Shown in pieces: positions 26,547 through 36,315 of a stretch of DNA of 64,000 nucleotides (position 1 is the stretch's first letter; every line of letters starts with the position of its first letter). The notes under the pieces were generated by a model that was given only the letters and a program-made list of their open reading frames with translations, was not told where the DNA came from and searched no databases. The stretch spans positions 3,360,001 to 3,424,000 of the forward strand of contig OY970303.1 of the NCBI GenBank assembly GCA_963716255.1, in the 5' to 3' direction. The DNA is from an uncultured Gemmatimonadales bacterium. Lineage in GTDB: Bacteria; Gemmatimonadota; Gemmatimonadetes; Longimicrobiales; Longimicrobiaceae. The position numbers and the translations under genes were made by a program.

Positions 26547-28492
26547 TTTAACGCTCAGTCGATCCTTCTGGACCTTCGTTACACGGGGTCGGATCTACGC
26601 GGAATATTCAGCAAGAAACTGATGGAGCTCCGTGGCACCTTCCCGGACGCTTTCCGGGATCAGACGAATGACAATCCGATCCCCGCATTTCTGGGAACGG
26701 CTACTCTGGACCACTCAACCGTTGTTGATGTTAATGGCCGGCCCTACCAAGAGGACGTGTTCGAATACTTGCGGCGTCACACACGTGGACGGCCGAGGGA
26801 ACTGGACCTCTTAGGCCACGAACTGCAGATGATTCCAGCGAACTGGCGTACGCCCGAGGCTATTCGTGACCTGGTCCAGGGGCTCAGTCATCGGTTTTTC
26901 AAATTTGCCAAGAACGAGGCGGTCCCGTTCTGGGATCCCATGCTTGACGACCTGTTGCACCGCGTGCCTTCCAACTTCATGGCACGATCTGCGGCGGAGG
27001 ATATGACCAAGAAGGCATTTGGCCCAGATGCCATTAGAACGTTGTGGGGAGCATTATACACGAACGGACTCAGTGGTGCCGTAATCAAAACTCATCCCAA
27101 CAAGCTGGTGCAGCGGTTCGCCAACCACGATCGTGTTGCGGAACTCAACGAGGAGGATTTTCGATCATCATCAATCTGGGTGCTACACCCTTGCGTGAAC
27201 ATTGCAACACTGGCACGGCGTCTCAAGTACCGGCCGAATAAGCATAATGTCGCGGGGCATGAATATAGGTTCATACTGACGCCTAAGCCTGTGAAGAACC
27301 ACGTTCACGTGCTGGTCGGGGCTGGCCGACTTGGGCTTGGACTCGTGGCTCCAATGATATTAGCTACTCCGCGCACGAGATTGGTAGTGGCATCCAGGCA
27401 CTCGGATTCGTGGGCCCCTCTTCTGAGCAGGTTAAGGCCGACGGACCCGGTGCCACTGCAGGTTAGGTTTCCCAAGCCGAGTGGTACGAAGCCGGCTGAT
27501 GTATTTACTACCGGCATGCGGTTTGTCACCGATGGGTACCCGGGCTGGGAGAAGGAACTGCGTAAGGCGATCCAGCAGTCTCGTTGTGTCATGTGCCTTT
27601 ATTCCGAAGAGGATTCGCTGAAGGAAATCGTTTCGATCGGGGACTCGATCGGTGTATCGGTGGGGGCAAAAGCTCTGGAACCGGTCGTGTCAGCGATAGC
27701 GGGCTGCAATGCCAAAGCGAAAATTGTAATTGCGTATGAGAACGACGAACAAGCAGTTGACCGTGCTGCCCGGGTCCTGATGCCCGCAGGCCTCACCTTG
27801 GTACCTACCGTTGTCGATCGGATCTGCGTCAGCCGTGAGATTGGACGTGAGTCGGTGGTGGTTAAAGCGGAGGAGTACGGGCACATTACTGCATTTGTTC
27901 AGACGAGGCATATTAAGTCATTGCCTCCTATGTTTCTCGACGAGCGCCAGAGCAGCGTACGTTTCGTGACGAATCAATCCGACTTCGAGTATGAACGTAC
28001 ACGGAAGAGGCGGTTGGTCAATTCGATGCACTCGGCGGCGGCTGCGCTGGTTCAGGTGGCACTGAAAGACTCGGGCGCGAAGCCTGAGACAGCGAACGAC
28101 ATGCTTCTCGGTCTGATCGCGAACAACATGGACATACATAGCCAGCTTGTTGGTTTGAAGGAGCTTATGATACTTTCGGTGTTGGGAACTATGGACCCAG
28201 ATCGCCTGCGGGGAGCACAGCTTCAGGAACTCATTAGCGAGCTCAACACCTACGCCGACGAGTCCCTCATGCGAATCATGAATGGTACTGACGCACCATC
28301 CCGCGTGCTCCAGCTCACGAGCGAGGCGCTCGCAAAAAAGTATCGTACCCTCTTCGAAGGTGTCCCGGAACTCGTCGAGCGAGCCCTGCGGTCCGAGGCC
28401 GTAGCTGCTGCGCTCCCGATGCCTGCTGCCGCAGTTAAGGCACGGTTGGGTCTACTGGACACCGCATTCGCAAGGCTCTTTTCGGCTGCCGC

Positions 28493-29287
28493 CTAGCAGT
28501 CCCCTCGGGCAGGGACGCCGTCCCCGATCTGGAACTCGTACGCCGCCTCCGTCCAGCCGCCCTGGCCGGGCGCGGCCGTCCGCTCCACGAAGCGCACCCG
28601 CCCGTCGCGCCCCACCAGCAGCACCGTGGAGGCGCGCGTGCCGTAGTCCGGCGTGCGGATGAAGGGCGGCGAGAGCACCCGCTCGCGCTCCAGCCCCACC
28701 CCCGTGTCGGGGAGGGCGGCGTCCGGGGCGGGCTCCGCGTCCCACAGGACGCGGAAGAGGGCTTCCGGGTCCACCTCCCCGCCGGCGGCCAGCGCCGCCG
28801 CGAGCCCCGCCTTTCCCCGCGCCACCTTGGGCCAGGGCGTGTCCAGCAGCGCGTTGCTCAGCCCGTACACCCCGGGCTCCAGCACGCGCGCCGCGCCGCC
28901 GCGGTTGCCGAGCCAGCGCAGGTCGCCGCCCTCGCCCACCAGCAGGTTGAAGCCCGCGTACTCCCCCGCGCGGGCGGCGAGCGCGCGCAGGTACGCCCCC
29001 GGCGCGTCGGCGCCGCGCAGGAAGCCGCCCGCCAGGTGGCCGCGCGAGGGGGCGTCCGGCGCCACGGGCGCCGTCTCGCGGAAGTTGGTCACCGCGGCGA
29101 AGCGTCCCCCGCGGGTGACGCCCAGCCAGGTGCCGCCGCCGCGCAGGTCGCGCCCCGCGAGCACCTCCGGCGCGTCCGGCCACCAGTCGGCGGGCGCGGT
29201 GGGGCGCGCGTAGAGCTCGTCGCGGTTGGCGGCCACCACCAGGCGATGGCGCGGGTGGGCGTCGTGGGCGAGCAGGATCAGGCACAT
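28493..29287 (-). CDS. NRDE/TANGO2 family protein
   Basis: MCLI...AANRDE...RPT, GGTWLG, GFNL, GLSN.LLDTPWPK, YGTRAST. Confidence 0.95.
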   Translation of the reverse strand: MCLILLAHDAHPRHRLVVAANRDELYARPTAPADWWPDAPEVLAGRDLRGGGTWLGVTRGGRFAAVTNFRETAPVAPDAPSRGHLAGGFLRGADAPGAYLRALAARAGEYAGFNLLVGEGGDLRWLGNRGGAARVLEPGVYGLSNALLDTPWPKVARGKAGLAAALAAGGEVDPEALFRVLWDAEPAPDAALPDTGVGLERERVLSPPFIRTPDYGTRASTVLLVGRDGRVRFVERTAAPGQGGWTEAAYEFQIGDGVPARGDC

Positions 29288-29431
29288 GGGCTTCGGGCGC
29301 TCCGGGAGCGGGACTTGCAGCGGGGCTGTGCCCCCGTACCCCGAACGCGGACCGGGGATCGGAGTATCAAGGCGCGCGGGCGCCCCGCCCGCCACCCCGG
29401 ACCACCTCCCGCACGCCAGGACCCGACGCCC

Positions 29432-30241
29432 ATGCTGCACCACAAGACCTTCGTCCTGGGCCCGGACCACGAGTGGGTGGTGTTCGTGCACGGCGCGGGC
29501 GGGAGCTCGTCCATCTGGTACCGGCAGCTGCGCGAGTTCCGCAAGCACTTCAACCTGCTCCTCATCGACCTGCGCGGGCACGGCGCGTCGCAGTCCCCGG
29601 TTCCCACCCGCGACGCCGACGGGAGGCGCTACACCTTCCACGAGGTGACCTCCGAGATCCTGGAGGTCATGGACCACCTGGAGATCCGCTCCGCGCACTT
29701 CGTGGGGATCTCGCTGGGCACCATCCTCATCCGCACCCTGGGGGAGATCGCCCCGGAGCGAATCCGCAGCATGGTGCTGGGCGGGGCCATCACCCGCCTC
29801 ACCTTCCGCTCGCGCTTCCTGGTGCACGCGGGGACGGCGGTACGGCGCGTGGTGCCGTTCATGTGGCTGTACCGGCTCTTCGCCTGGATCATCATGCCCA
29901 GGCCGCGCCACCGCGAGTCGCGCCTGCTGTTCGTGAACGAGGCCCGCAAGCTGGCGCGCAAGGAGTTCCTGCGCTGGTGGCGCCTCACCCAGGAGGTGAA
30001 CCCGCTGCTGCGCTTCTTCGAGGAGAAGGAGCTTCCCATCCCCACCCTGTACCTGATGGGCGAGGAGGACCACATGTTCCTCCCGCCCGTGCGGCACATC
30101 GTGTCACGCCACCGGCACAGCCGGCTCCAGGTGCTGGAGGACTCCGGGCACGTGTGCAACGTGGACCAGGCCGACCTCTTCAACCGCTTCGCCATCGACT
30201 TCATGAAGCGCGGCCTCGCCGTGCAGCCCGGCGCCGCCTGA
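29432..30241 (+). CDS. alpha/beta fold hydrolase
   Basis: FVHGAGG, IDLRGHG, GISLG, GEED, SGHVCN. Confidence 0.9.
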   Translation: MLHHKTFVLGPDHEWVVFVHGAGGSSSIWYRQLREFRKHFNLLLIDLRGHGASQSPVPTRDADGRRYTFHEVTSEILEVMDHLEIRSAHFVGISLGTILIRTLGEIAPERIRSMVLGGAITRLTFRSRFLVHAGTAVRRVVPFMWLYRLFAWIIMPRPRHRESRLLFVNEARKLARKEFLRWWRLTQEVNPLLRFFEEKELPIPTLYLMGEEDHMFLPPVRHIVSRHRHSRLQVLEDSGHVCNVDQADLFNRFAIDFMKRGLAVQPGAA

Positions 30242-30323
30242 CCGCGCGGCGCCGCCGCACGCCCCTTGCAGCGAGAAACACCCGTCCCCGTCCGCAGCAT
30301 CCAACTCCATCCGGCCGTTCTAC

Positions 30324-30791
30324 ATGCCCGCGCTGATCCCCGGACCGCCGTACCCGTTCCGCCTCCGCAACTCGCGCATCCATGGGCGCGGGGCCTTCGC
30401 CACCCAGTTCATCCCGGCGGGAACGCGCATCATCGAGTACAAGGGCGAGCGCATCACCAACGAGATGGCGGACCTCCGCTATCCCGACACCGCCGAGAAG
30501 GCGCACCACACCTTTTTGTTCTCCATCGACGACGAGGTGGTGGTGGACGCCGCGTACCGGGGGAACGCCTCGCGGTGGATCAACCACTCGTGCAACCCCA
30601 ACTGCGACGCCATCATCGACGACGGGCGCATCTTCATCGAAGCCGTCCGCGACATCCGGCCGGGCGAGGAGCTGGTCTACGACTACAACTTCATCCTGGA
30701 GGAGCGGCACACCCCGGCGATGAAGCGGCGTTATCCCTGCCACTGCGGGGCGCCCAACTGCCGCGGGACCATACTCGCCAAGAAGCGCTGA
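30324..30791 (+). CDS. SET-domain protein-lysine methyltransferase with post-SET
   Basis: IHGRGAFA, IEYKGE, RWINHSCNPNC, GEELVYDY, CHCGAPNCRG. Confidence 0.95.
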   Translation: MPALIPGPPYPFRLRNSRIHGRGAFATQFIPAGTRIIEYKGERITNEMADLRYPDTAEKAHHTFLFSIDDEVVVDAAYRGNASRWINHSCNPNCDAIIDDGRIFIEAVRDIRPGEELVYDYNFILEERHTPAMKRRYPCHCGAPNCRGTILAKKR

Positions 30792-30816
30792 CGTCCTGAA
30801 CTGATACGGCGGGTTC

Positions 30817-30950
30817 GGGCGTGCCCCCGGCTGGCGCCGGGGTCGGGCTTCGGCTCCGTAAGCCCGCAAACGACGCGGGCTAACGGAGTCGAGCCCCGGC
30901 GGAAACCGCCCCGCCGGGTCTCGACCCTCCGGGCCGAAATCCCTCACGCG
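30817..30950 (+). repeat. structured intergenic repeat, copy 4
   Basis: Same scaffold, inner stem AGCCCGC/GCGGGCT. Confidence 0.92.
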
Positions 30951-30987
30951 GGGCTCGCGCTGGCGTCCGCGAGGGCCCCCTCCCCAA

Positions 30988-31117
30988 CCCCTCCCCCGCA
31001 AGCGGGAGAGGGGCTTTTCTCGTGCGTCTGGCAGGCGGCGGGCTGGCGTCCGTGGGGGAGGGCTTTCCGTGCTTCGGCCCTGTCGTGCCGTTCTCCCCTC
31101 CCCCTTGCGGGGAGGGG
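30988..31117. repeat. two REP-like palindromes (30988-31013 and 31095-31117)
   Basis: CCCCTCCCCCGCAAGCGGGAGAGGGG and CCCCTCCCC-CTTGC-GGGGAGGGG hairpins. Confidence 0.65.
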
Positions 31118-31621
31118 TCGTCGTCGTCGTGCTCCCCTCTCCCCGCGGAATCTGGTCTGTTCTCCTCATGTCCGATGGGTGTGGCACGACTTTGTGGCGG
31201 AAGTGCCGCGGAATTCACGCCACACTGGGGAAGGAGTGTCCCACCCCTTTCGGGCCGGGCTTCCAAAACGGATGTCGGCCCCGAATGGCGGTAAATACGC
31301 CCCTGGCTTTTCACTCGCTGGAGCAAAAAACCCAGCTCCCGGAACGGTTGTAGTCCGCCGGAGGGCCCGGACGCGGCGGTGCGCGAGTTGCCGTCGGGGG
31401 CCACCCGGTGCCCGGCGGAAGGCGCCGTCCGTCGCCCTAATCTACCGGGCGCGGGCGACGCGGCTCCGCGCACCGAGTCCATGGCGTTCCCGACCACCGG
31501 ATCTGCCACTCCCGGCCCCCAAAAGGGGCCGGAGCGGCTTCCCGTCGTCCTCCGCCGCACGTCCGTCCCGGGGCCGAAACAGGCGGGCCCCGGCCCCTCC
31601 GCCCCCAGAACGGAGAGCCAC

Positions 31622-33904
31622 ATGCCGTCCGCGCTGACCTACCCGGGTGTCTACATCGAGGAGGTGCCGAGCGGCGTCCGCTCCATCAGCGGCGTCAGCA
31701 CCTCGGTGACCGCCTTCATCGGAGCCGCGAAGCGCGGACCGGTGAACAAGGCGGTCCGCATCCAGAGCTTCGCCGAGTTCGAGCGCCGCTTCGGCGGGCT
31801 GGACCCGGGATCGGAGATGAGCTACGGGGTGCGGCAGTTCTTCGCCAACGGCGGCAGCGACGCCTGGGTGGTGCGCGTGGCCAAGGGCGCCAGCCCGGCG
31901 CAGAAGACCCTCGCCGCCGTGGGCGGCGGCAGCGCGCTGCTGGTCAAGGCGCGCGACGAGGGGGCGAGCGGCAACGCCGTCCACGTGGCGGTGGAGTCGT
32001 CGCCCGCGACCCCCGGCGCCTTCGACCTGACGGTGGTCTACACCTCGGCCGACAACGCCGTGGAGAACCGCACCGAGACGTTCTCGGGGCTGTCCATGAA
32101 CAGCCAGGACTTCCGCTACGCGGTGGACGTGGTGAACGCCGGCTCCGAGCTGGTCACGCTGGAGCGGGTCGCCGCCCTCGGCGGCGCCGTGGCGGCAACC
32201 AGCACCAGCGGGCGCCTGGTGGACGGCGGCGGCACCGCGCTGCAGGTGAACACGCTGGTGGACGCCACCCACAACCAGTTCCGCGTCTCGGTCAACGGCT
32301 CCTCGCCGGTCACCGTCACGCTGAACCCGGCGGGGCTCACCGGCAACGCCGCGGCGCAGCTCACCGCCCTGTGCTCGCAGGTTACCACCGCGGTGACCGG
32401 GGCGGCGAACGGCGTCGCCGCGCTGTCCGGCTTCACCTGCACGCCCAGCGGCGAGCGCATCGTGATGACCTCCGGCGCCGCCGGGGAAACTTCCAGCGTG
32501 CGCGTGCTCCCCGGCGCCACCAGCGACGCCGCGACGCGGCTCAAGCTGGGCTCCGCGAACGGCGGGGTCGAGTCCGACGGCACCGCGCCCCTGGTCCCGC
32601 GGGCCACGCCGGACCCCGGCAAGCTGGTGGGGACGCCGATCGCCAACGGCACGCCCATGACCGGCGGCACGGTGGAGGTCTCGGTCGACGGCGAGCCCTT
32701 CAGGCCGGTGAGCTTCGCCATCGTCGGCGCGGACGACAACGCGAAGGCCGCCGACGCCGCCGCGAAGCTGCAGGCCGCGGTGCGGGCGCTCAAGAGCACG
32801 CCCGCGTACACCGGCTTCACCGCCACGGCGGGGGCGGACGCCGACCGCAGGCTGACGCTCTCCTCCGGCTCGCGGGGCGCCGGGTCGTCGGTGGCGGTGC
32901 GCGCCGCGGCGGCGGACCCGCTGGCGGCCGGGCTGGGGCTCCCCGGCGGCGCCGCCACCTCCGGCGTCAACACGCTGCTGACGGGCGGGACGGAGCTCGG
33001 CTTCGGCGCCGACGACCCGGCCTTCTACTCGATCTTCGTGGGGAGCCGCAACGACCGGAAGGGGCTGTTCGCCCTGGAGCGGGTGGACATCTTCAACCTG
33101 CTCTGCCTCCCCGGCGTGACCGATGCCGGGGTCCTCGCCGACGCGGCCGCGTACTGCCAGGAGCGCCGCGCCTTCCTGATCGCCGACGCGAAGCGCGACA
33201 GCGACACCGTCGCCGAGATGGTGGCGGACGCATCCGGCACGGCGCTCCCCAAGAGCGACCACGCGGCGGTCTACTTTCCCTGGATCCGCATCGCCGATCC
33301 GCTCGCGGGCGGGCGGCTGCGCACCACCGCGCCCAGCGGCACCATGGCCGGGGTGTACGCGCGCACCGACTCGCAGCGCGGCGTGTGGAAGGCCCCGGCG
33401 GGGACCGACGCGCCCATGGTGGGCGTGCAGGGCGTGACCTACCCGCTCACCGACGCCGAGAACGGGCAGCTCAACCCGCTGGGCGTGAACTGCATCCGCA
33501 TCCTCCCCGTGTACGGCGCGGTTCCCTGGGGGACGCGGACGCTGCGCGGCGCCGACGCCATGGCGTCCGAGTGGAAGTACGTGCCGGTGCGGCGGCTGGC
33601 GCTGTACATCGAGGAGAGCCTGTACCGCGGGACCAAGTGGGTGGTCTTCGAGCCCAACGACGAGCCGCTCTGGTCGCAGATCCGCCTGAACCTGGGCGCG
33701 TTCATGAACGGCCTGTTCCGCCAGGGGGCGTTCCAGGGGAAGAGCCCGCGCGAGGCGTACTTCGTCAAGTGCGACTCGGAGACCACCACGCAGGCCGACA
33801 TCAACCTGGGCGTGGTCAACATCCTGGTGGGCTTCGCACCGCTGAAGCCGGCGGAGTTCGTGGTGCTGCGGCTCCAGCAGATGGCCGGGCAGATCCAGAC
33901 CTGA
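31622..33904 (+). CDS. contractile tail sheath protein with large central insertion
   Basis: YPGVYIEE...TSVTAFIG...GP; AAVYFPW, PSG.MAG.YARTD..RGVWKAPAG, YVPVRRL, VFEPNDE.LW, FVKCD, APLKPAEFV. Confidence 0.96.
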   Translation: MPSALTYPGVYIEEVPSGVRSISGVSTSVTAFIGAAKRGPVNKAVRIQSFAEFERRFGGLDPGSEMSYGVRQFFANGGSDAWVVRVAKGASPAQKTLAAVGGGSALLVKARDEGASGNAVHVAVESSPATPGAFDLTVVYTSADNAVENRTETFSGLSMNSQDFRYAVDVVNAGSELVTLERVAALGGAVAATSTSGRLVDGGGTALQVNTLVDATHNQFRVSVNGSSPVTVTLNPAGLTGNAAAQLTALCSQVTTAVTGAANGVAALSGFTCTPSGERIVMTSGAAGETSSVRVLPGATSDAATRLKLGSANGGVESDGTAPLVPRATPDPGKLVGTPIANGTPMTGGTVEVSVDGEPFRPVSFAIVGADDNAKAADAAAKLQAAVRALKSTPAYTGFTATAGADADRRLTLSSGSRGAGSSVAVRAAAADPLAAGLGLPGGAATSGVNTLLTGGTELGFGADDPAFYSIFVGSRNDRKGLFALERVDIFNLLCLPGVTDAGVLADAAAYCQERRAFLIADAKRDSDTVAEMVADASGTALPKSDHAAVYFPWIRIADPLAGGRLRTTAPSGTMAGVYARTDSQRGVWKAPAGTDAPMVGVQGVTYPLTDAENGQLNPLGVNCIRILPVYGAVPWGTRTLRGADAMASEWKYVPVRRLALYIEESLYRGTKWVVFEPNDEPLWSQIRLNLGAFMNGLFRQGAFQGKSPREAYFVKCDSETTTQADINLGVVNILVGFAPLKPAEFVVLRLQQMAGQIQT

Positions 33905-34041
33905 GCGCGCGAGCGCCGAAGTGCGAAGCCGCCCGGCGCACGCCGCCGGGCGCCGTGTCCTGAATCCATGGTTCCGCGGCGGGGGCGCCGGCCAGGCTCC
34001 CCCCGCCCGGGCTCACCCGCCGTGCGGCAAGGAGGCACCGG

Positions 34042-34569
34042 ATGCCACAGTTCAGCGCGAACCCGTCGCGGTTCGATCCCTACAAGAACTTCAAGTTCCG
34101 CGTGAAGTGGGACGGCCGCTACGTGGCCGGCATCAGCAAGATGAGCTCGCTGAAGCGCACCACCGAGGTGGTCAAGCACCGCGACGGCGGCGACCCCAGC
34201 ACCAGCCGCAAGTCTCCCGGCCGCAGCGAGTACGAGGCGGTGACGCTGGAGCGCGGCGTGACCCACGACACCGAGTTCGAGCGCTGGGCCAACAAGGTGT
34301 GGAACCACGGCTCGGGGCTGGGCGCCGAGGTGTCGCTGCGCGACTTCCGCAAGGACATCTCGGTGGAGGTGTACAACGAGGCGGGGCAGCTCGCCCTGTC
34401 GTACAACCTGTTCCGCTGCTGGGTGTCCGAGTACCAGGCGCTCCCGGAGCTGGACGCCAACGCCAACGCCGTCGCCATCCAGACGCTCAAGCTGGAGTGC
34501 GAGGGGTGGGAGCGCGACTACGACGTGAAGGAGCTCCCGGAGGTCGGCTTCGACGAGCCGGCGGCCTGA
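34042..34569 (+). CDS. tail tube protein (T4 gp19-like)
   Basis: DPYKNFKFRV, K.PGR..YE.VTLERGVT, F.RW, RKDI, RCW.SEY, LDA..N.VAIQTL.LE.EG. Confidence 0.95.
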   Translation: MPQFSANPSRFDPYKNFKFRVKWDGRYVAGISKMSSLKRTTEVVKHRDGGDPSTSRKSPGRSEYEAVTLERGVTHDTEFERWANKVWNHGSGLGAEVSLRDFRKDISVEVYNEAGQLALSYNLFRCWVSEYQALPELDANANAVAIQTLKLECEGWERDYDVKELPEVGFDEPAA

Positions 34570-34570
34570 C

Positions 34571-35305
34571 GTGCGCGCGCTGTCCGGACCGGCGCTGCTC
34601 GCCGCCTGGGAGGAGGGCCGCGCCCACGGGCCGGCCGGGCGGGCGGCGGCGCTCCTGGCCGCGGCCTCGCCCGGCGAGGAGCGGGCCCGGCTGGCGCGCC
34701 TCCCCGTGGGCGCCTGCGACGCGCGTCTGCTGGAGATGCGCGAGGCCACCTTCGGGCCGGTGATGCAGGCGCTCGCCCGCTGCCCCTCGTGCGGCGAGCG
34801 CCTGGAGTTCGACGTGCCCACCGCCGCCATCCGCGCGCCGCACGCGGAGGAGTCCGGGCCCGTGCACCTGCTGGAGCGCGGCGGGCTGCGCGCGCGCTTC
34901 CGCGTCCCCGCCGCGGGCGACCTGGCCGCGGCGGCGGCGTGCGGCGCGGTGGACGAGGCCCGCCGCCTGCTGCTGCGCCGCTGCGTGGCGGAGGCGGAGC
35001 GCGGCGGGGTCCCGGTGGAGCCGGACGACCTGTCCCCGGAGGAGGAAGCGGCGCTGGCGGAAGCCATGGCCGCCGCCGATCCCCAGGCGGAGGTGCTGGT
35101 GGGGCTCGCCTGCGACGCGTGCGGGCACGGCTGGGAGGAGGGGTTCGACGTGGCCGCCTTCCTGTGGACGGAGGTGGGCGCGGAAGCCTCCCGGCTGCTG
35201 TACGAGGTGCACGCACTTGCGTCGGCGTACGGCTGGCGCGAGGCCGACGTGCTCGCGCTTTCCCCGGTGCGGCGCCGGGCGTACCTGGAGATGGTGGGCG
35301 CATGA
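34571..35305 (+). CDS. conserved eCIS protein with two CxxC pairs (baseplate/assembly-chaperone-like)
   Basis: CPSC and CDAC; DPQAEV, EVHALASAYGW.E.DVLALS..RRR.YL tail; GTG start directly after the tube gene. Confidence 0.75.
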   Translation: MRALSGPALLAAWEEGRAHGPAGRAAALLAAASPGEERARLARLPVGACDARLLEMREATFGPVMQALARCPSCGERLEFDVPTAAIRAPHAEESGPVHLLERGGLRARFRVPAAGDLAAAAACGAVDEARRLLLRRCVAEAERGGVPVEPDDLSPEEEAALAEAMAAADPQAEVLVGLACDACGHGWEEGFDVAAFLWTEVGAEASRLLYEVHALASAYGWREADVLALSPVRRRAYLEMVGA

Positions 35306-36315
35306 CCGACTTCCTCCGGCGCCTGGCGGAGCGCGCGGTGGGCGCCGACTCCGGCGTCCGCCCCGCCCTCCCCCCGCGCTTCGCCACCTACGCGGCGCCG
35401 CCCGCGGACGCCGGCGTCCCCGGCGTGCCGGAGTCGCCGGACGCGGGGGATCCCTTCCCCGCGGAGCCCCGCCTCCGTGCCGGGGCCCTTCCCCCGCTGG
35501 ACGCGGAGCCGCGCGCGGCCGGGGAGCGGCCCGGCCCCGCCGCCCCCGCCTCCGTCCGCTCCGCCCTGCCCGCCGCCGGTCCGGGCGCCGCGCCCGTCGC
35601 GGGTCCGCCGGACCGGGAAGCCGGGGAAGCTCCGGCCGGCCCGGGGACCGCGCCCCGGCCGGGATCCCCCCGCGGGGTCGTGCCGCAGCCCCCCGCCGGC
35701 GCCGCCGTCCCCCCGGCCGCCGCGGGTCCCCGTCCCGCTCCGCCCCGGGCGGCGCCGCCGGAGGAGGAGATGGTCCCCGCGGCCGACCACTCGCCCGCTC
35801 CGCCCGCGTGGCGGAGCGGGCAATCGGCGCGCCCGGCCGATCCTCCCCCGCGCGCGGTGGACTCCCCCGCCCGCCTCCCCGGCCCGGCGCCATCTCTGCC
35901 GGCCCCGCCGGCCATGCCCGGCGCGGTCCCGGTGGGCGCGGCGCGCCCCGCCGCCGCCCTCGAAGCGGCGCGCGGGGAGGGGCGGCCGGTGCCGGCCATC
36001 GCCGCCCGCCGCGCGTCGTCCTGGGCCGGCGAGGAGCCGGTGCACGGGACGGAGTGGGAATCCTCGGCCACGGCGGCGGCGGGACCCCGCTCCGCGGCGG
36101 GTGTGGCGCATCGCGCGCCGACGCCGGTGCAGGCGCGCGTCTCCGGCCGCGGCCCGGACCCCGCGGGGCCGCCGGTGATCGAGGTGAGCATCGGGCGGGT
36201 GGAGGTGCGCGCGGTTGCCGCCGCCCCGGCCGCCCGTCCGGCCCGCCCCGCGCCCCCCGCGCCCGCGGTGTCGCTGGACGACTACCTGCGCGCCCGCGGC
36301 GGAGGTGGGCGATGA
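35302..36315 (+). CDS. Pro/Ala-rich eCIS protein with short ordered ends
   Basis: MTDFLRRLAERA...; C-terminal PVIEVSIGRVEVRA...SLDDYL; ATGA-coupled on both sides. Confidence 0.7.
   Translation: MTDFLRRLAERAVGADSGVRPALPPRFATYAAPPADAGVPGVPESPDAGDPFPAEPRLRAGALPPLDAEPRAAGERPGPAAPASVRSALPAAGPGAAPVAGPPDREAGEAPAGPGTAPRPGSPRGVVPQPPAGAAVPPAAAGPRPAPPRAAPPEEEMVPAADHSPAPPAWRSGQSARPADPPPRAVDSPARLPGPAPSLPAPPAMPGAVPVGAARPAAALEAARGEGRPVPAIAARRASSWAGEEPVHGTEWESSATAAAGPRSAAGVAHRAPTPVQARVSGRGPDPAGPPVIEVSIGRVEVRAVAAAPAARPARPAPPAPAVSLDDYLRARGGGGR

Larger units (their letters stand above)
24117..28496 (+). pseudogene. IS-interrupted gene: P-loop ATPase fused to mannitol-1-phosphate dehydrogenase-like domain (~900 aa when restored)
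   Basis: 5' part 24117-24874 (GLKGTGKT, VFVDNIDE) and 3' part 26552-28496 (GRPRELD; GAGRLGLG, AYEN, VDRIC, RKRRLVNSMH) rejoin in frame as QTAFN|AQSILLD once the IS and one TTTAA are removed. Confidence 0.85.

Noticed and set aside
30324..30791. SET-domain methyltransferase as an eCIS effector against eukaryotic chromatin
   Set aside because: Ordinary short bacterial SET protein following a hydrolase gene, separated from the sheath by ~830 bp containing repeats; no loading or secretion signal visible, so adjacency alone is not evidence
31181..31200. Sigma54 promoter for the eCIS operon (TGGCACGACTTTGT)
   Set aside because: The -12 element lacks the conserved GC and the spacing is off by one
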